Below are positions 1-9,875 of a stretch of 64,000 nucleotides of DNA, piece after piece (position 1 is the stretch's first letter; every line of letters starts with the position of its first letter). The DNA is from a virus. Lineage: Duplodnaviria; Caudoviricetes. The notes below the pieces were generated by a model. The model was not told where the DNA came from. It saw only the letters and a program-made list of their open reading frames with translations, and did not search any database. Location: positions 20,730-84,729 of the IMG/VR virus record IMGVR_UViG_3300011616_000001; one strand, written 5' to 3'. Both the position numbers and the translations under genes were made by a program.

Positions 1-243
1 GCTGAAAGTGCTATTAACTCACAGAGCTGGGCGGTGGGCGGTACTGACAGCCGGGATGGCGAGAACAACGACAACAGCAAATATTACAGCGAAAAGGCGG
101 CAGAACAGGCCGTGCGTGCAGAGCAGTACGCAAATGTCCATGAACCGAGTTTCATTATCGAAAATAATCGCCTGTATATGAAACAGGATTCGGTACTGGA
201 TTTTGTCGTGATTGATAACCGGATCTGCTGGAAGATCGCATAA
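1..243 (+). CDS. Phage tail/tail-fibre-associated protein, C-terminal part (5' end outside window)
   Basis: Frame open from base 1 (AESAINSQSWAVGGTDSRDGENNDNSKYYSE...); the SWAVGGT...DNSKYY motif recalls tail proteins of Clostridial prophages; stop precedes the RBS of the next gene. Confidence 0.6.
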   Translation, partial: AESAINSQSWAVGGTDSRDGENNDNSKYYSEKAAEQAVRAEQYANVHEPSFIIENNRLYMKQDSVLDFVVIDNRICWKIA

Positions 244-256
244 GGAGGGAAATAGA

Positions 257-934
257 ATGGCAATACCTGATGGGTATGTAGCATTGGATTTTGTTGGCTT
301 TACCGACAAGGGTATATATGATTCCGGTGTTACATACATGACAAATGATTTGATACATGACAGTTATAACAATATCTGGCGGTGTATAAAAGATGATACG
401 AGTAATGTTGATCCAGTAGCGGGAGAATACTGGGCCGTATTTATCAATGCGACCGATTCACTCAGCGGTAATACGGCAACAGATACTTACGGGGTGGCTG
501 GTCAGGCCGGACAGGTGATTGTAGCACAATCTTTGGTTGATGCAATCGCGGATAAAGTTATGAACAATCTGATTAGCAAAAGTAAGATTGTTAACGATCT
601 GGTTTCGACCGATCCAAGTACGGTATTGGCAGGGCCGATGGGGACAGCATTAAGTAACCAGATTGTGCAACTAAATAGTGATTTAGCAAGCTTGATTATA
701 TCCAGGACACAGGACTTACCTTTGACAGCCATACCCGCAAATGGCTCTGTAGATATTGCATATACACCTTCGCAACTTGCTGGATATACACCTCTTGCTT
801 ATATTGCGGTGGCGGGCGGAAGTGTTAATACTGGTATCACGGCAGTAACATCGAGTATAGTTAGGCTTAGAAACTTTTCCGGCACAAGCGTGTCCGCCAG
901 CCCGACTATTTCGATACTATACAAAAAATCCTAA
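257..934 (+). CDS. Tail fibre/receptor-binding protein with exchangeable C-terminus after LNSDL
   Basis: RBS GGAGG 244-248, ATG 257; N-terminal YDSGVTY..NDLI....IWRCIK...DP....YW small beta-domain; recombination-site-like 17-mer at 669-685 encodes LNSDL. Confidence 0.65.
   Translation: MAIPDGYVALDFVGFTDKGIYDSGVTYMTNDLIHDSYNNIWRCIKDDTSNVDPVAGEYWAVFINATDSLSGNTATDTYGVAGQAGQVIVAQSLVDAIADKVMNNLISKSKIVNDLVSTDPSTVLAGPMGTALSNQIVQLNSDLASLIISRTQDLPLTAIPANGSVDIAYTPSQLAGYTPLAYIAVAGGSVNTGITAVTSSIVRLRNFSGTSVSASPTISILYKKS
669..685 (+). repeat. Shufflon-like recombination site 1 (AACTAAATAGTGATTTA)
   Basis: Perfect 17-bp inverted copy at 1308-1324, in the same reading-frame position of two convergent genes. 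Confidence 0.8.
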
Positions 935-943
935 ATAGTGATT
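931..943 (+). repeat. Partial third shufflon site (CTAAATAGTGATT)
   Basis: 13/17 core identical to site 1, at the junction of the two convergent cassettes; contains the stop codon of 257..934. Confidence 0.6.
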
Positions 944-947
944 GCAA

Positions 948-1598
948 TCATCTGGGTGTCCGACACAGGTACACTGCTTGGAACTGAAAGTTCTCCCCGG
1001 CAGTTGTAAGCTGTGCATAGTCTGGGTTATATAATTTAATCTGTCCAGCTATATCAACAACTGCTGTTACACATATACGTCCATTTGCTGAGTATATCAA
1101 CAGTGGCACATTGTAGTATGCGGAAAATCCAGGGAATGTGCCAATCACTTCTCCCCACGCGGGTGCTGTAGCAACGTTGTGTCGAATAGTACCATATACT
1201 AGACCAACACCATTTGCCATAGCAGCATTCGACGCTGTTACAGTCCATCCGGTCGCACTGGTGGCGTTTCCGATGCTTTTTAGTTTTACATCGCTTTTGG
1301 TGGTTGTTAAATCACTATTTAGTTTATTAAATTCGCTCCGAGTACAAGGGATATTGATAAACAATTCAGACCAATTGTTTTTTGGAGCGGTTACATACGC
1401 AAAATCTCCGGACGCTAAAGATGCTTCGCAATTAACATTATAGGATTTTCCCTTGTATGTTATTTGATACTTTCTATCACTCACCTTTTTGATTATCTTG
1501 GCCCGAAAAGTCACATCCCTTGGAATTTTTTTAAGTTTAGCATTGATCAACATGTCTATGTCGTCTGTTAATTTTTGTAATACTGCCATGAAATCCAT
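948..1598 (-). CDS. Tail-associated protein (~95-aa conserved N-terminus) fused at LNSDL to a variable C-terminal cassette
   Basis: RBS AGGAGG upstream of ATG 1598; LNSDL site at 1308-1324; beta-rich C-terminus resembling fibre tip domains. Confidence 0.6.
   Translation of the reverse strand: MDFMAVLQKLTDDIDMLINAKLKKIPRDVTFRAKIIKKVSDRKYQITYKGKSYNVNCEASLASGDFAYVTAPKNNWSELFINIPCTRSEFNKLNSDLTTTKSDVKLKSIGNATSATGWTVTASNAAMANGVGLVYGTIRHNVATAPAWGEVIGTFPGFSAYYNVPLLIYSANGRICVTAVVDIAGQIKLYNPDYAQLTTAGENFQFQAVYLCRTPR
1308..1324 (-). repeat. Shufflon-like recombination site 2
   Basis: Reverse complement identical to 669-685. Confidence 0.8.
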
Positions 1599-1706
1599 GT
1601 TTCACCTCCTGTATTAATTACCATATTTTACCTGTTGAATCAGGTGTGTTTAATTGATATTCTATTATAGTTACTCGTAATATTTGTTAACATAATTGGG
1701 GGAGTT

Positions 1707-3020
1707 ATGGTAACTATAGTTTATGGTATTTTTTCAGTTTTAAATGCATACTCGGCATACCTATTTATTGATAATTGCTTAGGCAGAAGAAGAGCCACTA
1801 ACAAACAGATATTGTTAGGGTATACACTGTTTTACATAGTAGGGATATTTGCTTTTGTGAAAGGTGCTGGCCCATACACAAACTTGTTCATGACTTTAGC
1901 TACGTATTATTTGGTGGGAAGACTTTACATAGCTACTGAAAAGAAAAGGGTGATAACCGCCTTATTTCTATATGTTCAATATTTAATGTGCGATGTGTTT
2001 GTTTTTACAACCATGTCAACTATACTTCAAGAATTTCCACAAAGATCACCAATGCCTCTTACTGAAGAGTTGCAGAATTCAATTGGAATTATATTTGTGA
2101 TGGTTTTGCAGTTCTTTGTGATTAAAGCTATTACCCCGTTACATAAAGAGAGAAATATTGAGCTGCCTCTCAAGCACTGGATTACACTATTTACTATTCC
2201 TGTAGTCAGTGGAATAGCCGTAGTATGGGTAAATCAACAGTACAAGATTGGTGGAATAACTAATTTGCCACTCATCTATATTCTTATCGCAGCTTTTTCT
2301 TTAATAAATGTAATTGCTTTCTTCTTTTATGATCAAGCATATCAAAGTGTTGTAACGAACCATGAGAAAGATGCTTTAGCACAAAGTCATGACAATCATC
2401 AAAAAGAAGCCGCCCTATTGCATCAGTCCTTGGGAAAAATCAGTGCAACGAAACACGATCTGGACTCACATCTTACTACCGGAATGGGTATTGCCATAGA
2501 GCAGAAAAATGATGAAATGATAGCTTATTTTGAGCCGCTAGTAGGAGAAATAAGAAATATTGAAACTGGCATAAAAAGTGGTAGTCCTACAATTGATACA
2601 ACACTCAATTCCTGTTTGTACACAGCCAGGGATCAAAATACTCAATTACATATTGATCTTAAGATGAAGGAAGAGATACCCATTAACCCTATTGATTTGA
2701 CAACCATTTTAAGCAATCTTTTGAATAATGCTCTTGAAGCCTGTATCAAACTCCCAGAAGGAGATCGGCAGATATGGTTTTATCTGAAACACGAAAGAGG
2801 TGTTTTAAACGTCAGAGTAAAAAATACATATAATCCAGATGCGGTTGATATTCAGGACGGCAAGGCCCATACCACAAAAGAGGATAAAAGTGCCCACGGG
2901 ATTGGTCTAAAACGAATTCAGCAGACTGTAGAAAAATATAATGGAACGTTTTCCTATCGTGTTAAGGCAACTGAGTATGGTAACATATTTGAGGCTAAGG
3001 CTATGTTGTTTACAAAATAG
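1707..3020 (+). CDS. AgrC/VirS-like membrane sensor histidine kinase (GHKL)
   Basis: About 6 hydrophobic N-terminal segments, H-box KHDLDSHL, N-box NLLNNALEAC, G-box TTKEDKSAHGIGLKRI. Confidence 0.9.
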   Translation: MVTIVYGIFSVLNAYSAYLFIDNCLGRRRATNKQILLGYTLFYIVGIFAFVKGAGPYTNLFMTLATYYLVGRLYIATEKKRVITALFLYVQYLMCDVFVFTTMSTILQEFPQRSPMPLTEELQNSIGIIFVMVLQFFVIKAITPLHKERNIELPLKHWITLFTIPVVSGIAVVWVNQQYKIGGITNLPLIYILIAAFSLINVIAFFFYDQAYQSVVTNHEKDALAQSHDNHQKEAALLHQSLGKISATKHDLDSHLTTGMGIAIEQKNDEMIAYFEPLVGEIRNIETGIKSGSPTIDTTLNSCLYTARDQNTQLHIDLKMKEEIPINPIDLTTILSNLLNNALEACIKLPEGDRQIWFYLKHERGVLNVRVKNTYNPDAVDIQDGKAHTTKEDKSAHGIGLKRIQQTVEKYNGTFSYRVKATEYGNIFEAKAMLFTK

Positions 3021-3060
3021 AAGAGGGGACAACCTTAATGGCTATCGCCCTCATCTATAT

Positions 3061-6000
3061 TTAACGATGTCTCGAAGTTGGTTTTCCGATTTGCTGCATT
3101 ACTGCGGCACGGAGGCCACCTTTTAAAATTCCTTCAGCAAGTTGGTCAGGGTTATCACACCTTTCGATTTTGATATCACCGAAGGTGAAAGTTGTAGAGT
3201 CACCAGATCCTCTTGTAGACAACTGTCCTTGATCGAACGTTGGTGGAATAAAATGAGAAATAGGGGCAGCAGCAGCTGAGAGATTTTTCAGTAACATAGC
3301 TTGCTGATCATCATTTAGCACAGCTTCGCCACGATGGGCGATGATTGGGACTGCATTGTTGATATCTTCAATTGGCTGACTCGAGAATAATCTGAGTAAT
3401 CGTTCACGCTTTGTTTCGTTGCCTGTACCGACAAGTCCATTCTCAATACCGTCAGCATAAAGATCGTTCTCGATAGGTATAGAGTCATTACCATAACCAG
3501 AAAAGATATCATTTAATGAACCACCCCAGTTACCCCAAGGAGAATCATCATCATCGTCGTCATCATCGCTGCTCCGTCTACTGTTCATTTCGTCCAAAGC
3601 ATCTTCAAGATTATCACGGACATCTTCCAGAATATATTTGATATCATTGACATCAGTGGTTAGCTGTTCCCAACTGGTCATATATTCAGAAATCAGCCCA
3701 GCATTCTCATTATATTGCCTGAATGAATCGATCAATTCTTCACCGGCAGTGATAAGTGCATCCTGAACAGTGGTTAGGATACTGTCTGCGTTGGCCTCGG
3801 CCCCAGTAGAAGCGGAGAGGAAGTCGAATACATTGTTCAGATTATCCATGCCGGACATCTTTTGATTCATTTGGGATAAGAGATCATTGATACCAGCAAC
3901 CGCCTGATCATAGGTGATAGTACCTTCCTTGTAGGCGGCAATATAGTCATTGAGCAGGTTATAGATGTTCTCGGTTGATTCGATCTGATCTTCATACTGA
4001 GTCATCTGATCAGAAAGAGTTTGATACATTCCGGAGAACATGTCGTAGATATCGTCATCTTTGCCGCTTAGGACTTTATCCTTCCAACCTTCGCCCAGAA
4101 TGTCGCTGGTAGCTGCTTCGTTCTTGGCCTGTTCGATTTTGTCTGCAATCTCTGACCACTTTTCGGAGATCTTTTCCAGAGAATCAATCTGTTCTTCGTA
4201 GCGGTCGTTGACTGCATCGAGTTCATCTTGGAGACCATCGATCTGCTGCTGAAGATTATGCTTTTCGAGATTAGCTAGTGCATCTTGTAGACTTTCTTGA
4301 GCGTTTCTGAGGTTTTCAGCATTATTTTCATATACCACTGTGCCCTCTCTTATTACCCGCTCCGTCTTCTGAGTATTGGCAGAATGAAGATCATAAAGCG
4401 CCTGTTCGTAAGCAGTCTGTAGCTGAAGCGCTTCATTCTGCTTGTTCAGTAATTCTAACCGCTCATTTAATACATCAATCTGAGCCTGATTCTTTTCTTT
4501 CTCCAGATCACGCTCTTCTTCAAGCAAATCAATCTGCTCCTGGATAGCATTTGTGACGGTTGAAATGACCGATTCATACTCGCTCTGTACCTTAGACATA
4601 GCATCTAAAGCTTTCTGCAAAGCGGAAGAGTAGTCGTTAACGGTGTCCAGAGGAATCTGCAGCATTGCTTCATTCCATTTGTGTAGATTTTCGATCATTG
4701 CGGACATTTCGGCATTGATAGACTGCATCTTGTCATAAAGTTTATTCCAGTTCTCGGAGCCTTCATCGTACTCATCCATTACATCTTGGATCAGACCGAT
4801 CTGTTCCTTATACTGGTCAATGACCTTCATGCCGTTATCGATAAGCATCTGGTAATATTCTCTATCAAGCTTTTTGCCCGATGCCTCCATTTCGGAACCC
4901 CAGCGCTCCATCGTATCCGTAATGGAGTTGATCATGTTCAGGATTACTTCCATGTTCTCAATTGGGAGATTCAGCAGCTGGTCTTCTACCTCAGCAATAG
5001 CTAAGTCAAGACCGGCCATATCCTCTTCCCAGCCTTCGATATCAGACATGATGTCATGATAGTCTTCGTCATCCGGACTAGCGCCTAGCTCAGCAAGTTT
5101 CTTCTTTGCTTCTTTGATTTTCTGTTCATAAAGGGCGATAAGCTTTTTATTATTTGCAATTACCTGTTCATACGATTGAGAGCTGACTATCTTACCCTGA
5201 GCTACAAGCAACTGGTTTTGAGCATCAATCTTGGCATTAGTAGAAGTGATCCGGTCAGCCTGTTTATCAAGATACTCTATGTTATTATCATAATAATTCT
5301 TGATGTTTTCGGCAGCTTCGGCTTCTAAATCGTTTTTCTCTTTGACCGTATCTTTGAGTTTATCATGAGCCGAAATTGCCGCCTCAATGTCCTTGGCTTC
5401 GTCACCGGAGTAGCTACTAATCTCAATAGAGCCGTTTTCAATTTTGTCACGGATTTCTGGAGCGAGTTTATTGACCAGTTCTTCGTATTTACGTTGATAC
5501 TCCTCGATAGCGGTCATATAGGTTTCAAGATGGATCTTATCAGCTTCGATGATCTGAGCTAGTGCGGATCTCCGGGATTCACTATAGTTTTCGCCATTGT
5601 AAATCATTGCGAAGAGATCAGCCATGGACATTCCTGCATTCTTGGCGATTTCTTGCAACTCTACCATGTCGGTGGTTATAGTAGAACCGTTGGCTTCAAT
5701 GAGTTCTTTGGCGCGGTCGAATTCCTCTTGGGTTAGACCGAGATAGGACATTGCGGCGTTAGATGCATCTTTTTCTAGCTCGTCCCTCTGATCCTTTAGT
5801 ATTTCAAGCAGGCGCTCGATCCAGTCAATTTCTGTTTCTTTGTCCTTGTCAGACTTGGATTTAGATTTGGACTTAGAAGAGTTGGCGTTGTTGACTCTAT
5901 CCACGTTTTCTTTTGTCCAGCCATAATTAAGACCATTAGCAAAAGCATTACCTTTAGCAAAAGCTTTGCCACGAGAACCAATTTTCCCATTTCGCTGTAG

Positions 6001-9000
6001 CTGCTCAGTCTGTTTGTGATTAAATATTATTGCATCTTTGGGTTTATCAATAAACTCAGCTCCGTTATCACCAACAGTATGATATGTTCCGCTGTGTGGG
6101 TCGACAATGGTTTCTTGTCCTAACTCTCCAACAAGGACTTTCTTTAAAGCTTTTCGATTCTTAATTCCTGAATTGCCGTTCGCATAAGCAGTTCCATAAG
6201 CACCAGCAGCACTTTCTTCACCGATACCTTCAGAATCTCCGGTGACCTTAGCAGTAGCATTAACATGAATATCTGCTAATACGCTTGGTAGTGCTTTGAT
6301 TGCGGTTGCTAGATCGTCAACCTTTTTCTTCGCACCGTTTGCATCGGTTCCAACACCCTCAAGACTATCCCTGGTTTTAGTTAGCTCAAGTTTTCCTGCC
6401 TCACTAATAGCATCAGTCAGGGTGTCAACAGAGACTTTTGCATCATCGGCTTCCTCGGTGATTTTTAGAAGCCCAGCTTTTTCGGTGTCTATTTCGAGAG
6501 ACTCAATACGTCCAAGGGCCTCTGTTAAGTCGTTGATCGGGACTAAATCTGCCGTTTGGAAAGACACTCCCTCAAGCATAAGCATTTCAGTAAGAGCCGT
6601 CTGAACATCTTCCTTGCTCTGACCAAAATCCTCCATCAATCCTTTAATTAAGTTATCGATATCAATATTGCCAGTTTCTGCATCAATCTTGATAAGACCA
6701 AGTTCTTTCAACTTCTCCATGTTGGCTCTGATCCGTTCTTCATTACCACTGGTCTCGAAGTCAATTAAAACTGTAGTGTCCATCTCAGCAACTTCTCCAA
6801 GAATCTGATGAATTTGCTTGCCGCTGAAACCTAATTCCTCAAGATACCTCTCCAGCGTTTGCATACTCATTACGGATTTGCCATCGAGATCTTCCATAGA
6901 AAATCCAACTAACTTGAATGCTTCAGCCAGTTCTTCGACATTGTACTTGACTGTACTACCGTTGATTTTGGACGCTTCTAAGAACTCAAGAAAAGCCTCT
7001 TTGGAAATGCCAATAGCTTTGGCGACTTCTTCATATTGAGTGGGATCGAGGTTGAGTTCAAAACTTCCGTCCGACAATAATTGAGCAGAAGAGTTTAATT
7101 TCTCTAAGACACCGCTTTTCTGAAGATCTAACAGTGGGTTCATGATCGCTGCGCCGTTATTATCAGGATCACTCCATAGCGACTGGAATTTCTTGACCTC
7201 GGCCCTTGCCGCATCAAGATCCATGTCATAAGAGCGGTCACCAAAGAAATATTCAAGGAGTCCTTCGGTATGTTTGCCGAAATCACCTTTTTTTAGATTC
7301 TCCTGCAATGTCTTGAATTTCTCGGTAGAGTCAACGTAGCTATCGTTGTAGTCATCTTCACCCAAGACTTTATTTAACTTGTCTTTTGCTTTAGCTACGC
7401 CATGCATTTCGTTGTCTAACCCACCAAGAACTTTACTTAAGAGAATACCGGATTCGGTTAAGCTTGCAAATCCGTTTTCGCCATTGGCGGTTTTCTGGAG
7501 AGCAGTTGCTAAGTATTCGGCAGATGCTCCGGTCTCGTATAGAAGATGAGCCAGGACCTCGTTTTCCTCAGCTAATTCGACGACTCTATCTGCTGTGATG
7601 GAACTTGCATCTCCAAGGTCTTCAATGCTAGCGAAGTAGTCTTCGACATCAGAATCACCAAGTTTTCCTATTTCTTTCTGCTTGATCCCCATGTCTTCAA
7701 GAGCAAAGATAACATCATCAATTGTTAACCCATACTCTTTTCCGAGTTCAATTAAGTCTTTGAATGCATTTTTACTATTTGGATCTTCAGCCAATAACTT
7801 AAGCTCTGTTGTGCTTTTTTTACCAAATACATCTGTTAATGAACTGGCTGATAAATTACGTTTATAATTACCAACAATAGATCCAACACGATCAATCATA
7901 TTTGTGTTTGCTGATAAATCGATGTTGGCAATTGCTGCACTTGGATTTTTAAGGGCGTATTGAAAATCATGAATCTGGCTGCTGGCTTTGTCAAATACTC
8001 CTTCGATAACGGATTCATAGCCTCTCCATTTGCCTTCAGTCAGATCAATGGAATTTCTAACTTCTCTTAGATTGTCGTGAGCCCCAGTAATATCTTCTTT
8101 TGTGCCGGATGTGAGGGCCGTGTTGTAGCGGGTTACCGCTTCGGCGGCCAGATTGTAGTCTTCAGCCAGACTTGATGTGGTCATGACTATATACAGTTTC
8201 TCATCTTCAACGATATCTTTTGTATTGCCCATGACTTCTTTAACAACATCTAATCCAGCACTGCCACCTTTTAAAATGCCAGTCATGTCTATTGATGTTC
8301 CAATATTCTCAGATTCAAACTCCTTTTTGACTGCTCTTACTTCAGTCATGAAGTCATTAATTATTTCTTCAGCATTTTCAACATCAGCATCTAAATATAG
8401 CTTGTAATAACCTTCGACTGCGGTAGATTCAGTTCGAAGACCCTTCTTTCTGTATTTTGAGACAATCTCATCTACCATTTTACCGTCATCATTGTTACGG
8501 TTATAGCCATGCAGCGCGAATGTTCTTTTTTTGTAATACTCATCTTTGGCGGTGTTGATATCATCTTCTTTGCTATTCAACCAGTTCTCAGCCAACTGTT
8601 TATTTAGTTGAGTGATTACTCCCAGCTGATTAGCATATGCATTTGTGACCAAATCAATTTTGCCGTGCTCTTCACCATACTTATCATTTAACTCAGTTTG
8701 CAGTTTAAGAAGTTCGCTTTTGATTTCGAACTGTCTTTCTTCGGTAGTATTAGCCGCAGTCAATTCTTTGTAGAGCGTTTTGTATTTTTCTGCTGTATCA
8801 TTGATTGATTCTTGCTCAGACCTCAGTGCTTGTAACGAGTCGTTGGCCGCGTCAATTGATTCTTGACGTTGCTGTTGATATTGTTTGTAAGCGATAGCTG
8901 CACCGGCGACTACAACAATTCCAGCAGTGAGGGCTGCGGTAAGTGTAGCAGCAGCGGCAGTACTGATTCCCATCTTTGCAGCAAGGGCTGTGTGGAGGTT

Positions 9001-9315
9001 GGAGAGGGTAACAGTGACACCTTGGTTGGTGATCTTTGCACCAGTGTTAGCATCGGTCGCAATAGTGTTTTGTGCTTCGGCAACTGTCAGGCCGGACGTA
9101 GCGAGAATGTCGCCTTCGGTGCTAGCAGTCACAGCAGCCGTAGAAAGTAGCAGCGATTTTTTTTCTGCATCAAGAAGTTTTGATGATAATACTAGTTTTT
9201 GTTGAGAAGCATCCAGTGTGTCAAATAAAGCAGCAGCTCTCGTTATATTGTTTATATCTTCATTGCCCATTAGTGTATTGATTACACTACCCACACCTAT
9301 TAGATTTTTAATTTG
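3061..9315 (-). CDS. Tape measure protein, exon 3 (2084 aa)
   Basis: Long Ala/Leu/Glu coiled-coil ORF with AYANG...LVGELGQE and IIAHRGEAVLN motifs seen in siphophage TMP C-termini; no SD before the TTG at 9318; first 18 nt pair with the intron 2 guide. Confidence 0.85.
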   Translation of the reverse strand, partial: QIKNLIGVGSVINTLMGNEDINNITRAAALFDTLDASQQKLVLSSKLLDAEKKSLLLSTAAVTASTEGDILATSGLTVAEAQNTIATDANTGAKITNQGVTVTLSNLHTALAAKMGISTAAAATLTAALTAGIVVVAGAAIAYKQYQQQRQESIDAANDSLQALRSEQESINDTAEKYKTLYKELTAANTTEERQFEIKSELLKLQTELNDKYGEEHGKIDLVTNAYANQLGVITQLNKQLAENWLNSKEDDINTAKDEYYKKRTFALHGYNRNNDDGKMVDEIVSKYRKKGLRTESTAVEGYYKLYLDADVENAEEIINDFMTEVRAVKKEFESENIGTSIDMTGILKGGSAGLDVVKEVMGNTKDIVEDEKLYIVMTTSSLAEDYNLAAEAVTRYNTALTSGTKEDITGAHDNLREVRNSIDLTEGKWRGYESVIEGVFDKASSQIHDFQYALKNPSAAIANIDLSANTNMIDRVGSIVGNYKRNLSASSLTDVFGKKSTTELKLLAEDPNSKNAFKDLIELGKEYGLTIDDVIFALEDMGIKQKEIGKLGDSDVEDYFASIEDLGDASSITADRVVELAEENEVLAHLLYETGASAEYLATALQKTANGENGFASLTESGILLSKVLGGLDNEMHGVAKAKDKLNKVLGEDDYNDSYVDSTEKFKTLQENLKKGDFGKHTEGLLEYFFGDRSYDMDLDAARAEVKKFQSLWSDPDNNGAAIMNPLLDLQKSGVLEKLNSSAQLLSDGSFELNLDPTQYEEVAKAIGISKEAFLEFLEASKINGSTVKYNVEELAEAFKLVGFSMEDLDGKSVMSMQTLERYLEELGFSGKQIHQILGEVAEMDTTVLIDFETSGNEERIRANMEKLKELGLIKIDAETGNIDIDNLIKGLMEDFGQSKEDVQTALTEMLMLEGVSFQTADLVPINDLTEALGRIESLEIDTEKAGLLKITEEADDAKVSVDTLTDAISEAGKLELTKTRDSLEGVGTDANGAKKKVDDLATAIKALPSVLADIHVNATAKVTGDSEGIGEESAAGAYGTAYANGNSGIKNRKALKKVLVGELGQETIVDPHSGTYHTVGDNGAEFIDKPKDAIIFNHKQTEQLQRNGKIGSRGKAFAKGNAFANGLNYGWTKENVDRVNNANSSKSKSKSKSDKDKETEIDWIERLLEILKDQRDELEKDASNAAMSYLGLTQEEFDRAKELIEANGSTITTDMVELQEIAKNAGMSMADLFAMIYNGENYSESRRSALAQIIEADKIHLETYMTAIEEYQRKYEELVNKLAPEIRDKIENGSIEISSYSGDEAKDIEAAISAHDKLKDTVKEKNDLEAEAAENIKNYYDNNIEYLDKQADRITSTNAKIDAQNQLLVAQGKIVSSQSYEQVIANNKKLIALYEQKIKEAKKKLAELGASPDDEDYHDIMSDIEGWEEDMAGLDLAIAEVEDQLLNLPIENMEVILNMINSITDTMERWGSEMEASGKKLDREYYQMLIDNGMKVIDQYKEQIGLIQDVMDEYDEGSENWNKLYDKMQSINAEMSAMIENLHKWNEAMLQIPLDTVNDYSSALQKALDAMSKVQSEYESVISTVTNAIQEQIDLLEEERDLEKEKNQAQIDVLNERLELLNKQNEALQLQTAYEQALYDLHSANTQKTERVIREGTVVYENNAENLRNAQESLQDALANLEKHNLQQQIDGLQDELDAVNDRYEEQIDSLEKISEKWSEIADKIEQAKNEAATSDILGEGWKDKVLSGKDDDIYDMFSGMYQTLSDQMTQYEDQIESTENIYNLLNDYIAAYKEGTITYDQAVAGINDLLSQMNQKMSGMDNLNNVFDFLSASTGAEANADSILTTVQDALITAGEELIDSFRQYNENAGLISEYMTSWEQLTTDVNDIKYILEDVRDNLEDALDEMNSRRSSDDDDDDDDSPWGNWGGSLNDIFSGYGNDSIPIENDLYADGIENGLVGTGNETKRERLLRLFSSQPIEDINNAVPIIAHRGEAVLNDDQQAMLLKNLSAAAAPISHFIPPTFDQGQLSTRGSGDSTTFTFGDIKIERCDNPDQLAEGILKGGLRAAVMQQIGKPTSRHR

Positions 9316-9337
9316 CAATACATCATATATGCTGAAG

Positions 9338-9366
9338 TTGTTAATCTTTAGCTTATATGCTAGAAT
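9338..9366 (+). promoter_or_regulatory. Sigma-A-type promoter for the antisense Zn-ribbon gene, overlapping the intron 2 3' end
   Basis: TTGTTA-17 bp-TAGAAT with extended TG; RBS GGGAGG 9374-9379. Confidence 0.65.
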
Positions 9367-9387
9367 TTAAAATGGGAGGTAATAAAA

Positions 9388-9753
9388 ATGGAAACAAAAA
9401 AAGAAGACTACGTTATTGTCACAGGAGAAACTGAATTAAAAGCTTTCGATAAAGGGAGAAAGATGTTTGATCCTTCTATCTCAGGTTATTTTAAGTGTGA
9501 AGTTATATCAAAGACTGATACAGAAGCGACTGTTAAGGTAATTAAAGTTCCCCCACTTACCCCGGCAGAAGCGGCAGCATACAGGCAGTCACTATCATTA
9601 CCACCAATAGTCACCTGTCCCTACTGCAAATCAACAGACACCAAAAAGATATCGGGCCTATCCAAAGCTGGATCAGTCGCTGTCTGGGGAATCTTTGCTG
9701 CTGGGAAGGTGTCGAAGCAATGGAAGTGTGGGAAGTGTAAGAGTGAGTTTTAG
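9388..9753 (+). CDS. Zn-ribbon protein with hydrophobic hairpin (intron 2 cargo, antisense)
   Basis: CPYC...GSVAVWGIFAAG...WKCGKC; own promoter and RBS. Confidence 0.75.
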   Translation: METKKEDYVIVTGETELKAFDKGRKMFDPSISGYFKCEVISKTDTEATVKVIKVPPLTPAEAAAYRQSLSLPPIVTCPYCKSTDTKKISGLSKAGSVAVWGIFAAGKVSKQWKCGKCKSEF

Positions 9754-9755
9754 GC

Positions 9756-9809
9756 AAATAAAAAGAGTGCTGTAAAATAGCCAAACAATCAGTTATTTTA
9801 CAGCACTCT
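9756..9809 (-). terminator. Intrinsic (probably bidirectional) terminator inside intron 2
   Basis: Perfect 16-bp stem 9764-9779/9794-9809, followed on the minus strand by UUUUAUUU. Confidence 0.8.
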
Positions 9810-9875
9810 ATTACTATTTAAATGATATATCAGATATTGGATAAATCGAAGTAGCATTATAATACCATTCATTAT

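Noticed and set aside
3315-9205. Many 60-100-aa ORFs on other frames or strands within TMP (and similar ones inside capsid, terminase, YonO and early genes)
   Set aside because: Shadow frames of long coding sequences; no SDs or family motifs.
3061-9318. Treating the 2085-aa ORF as a stand-alone gene starting at TTG 9318
   Set aside because: No SD upstream; the TTG is the last three bases of intron 2 and the next 18 nt pair with the intron guide. Kept only as the alternative if splicing fails.
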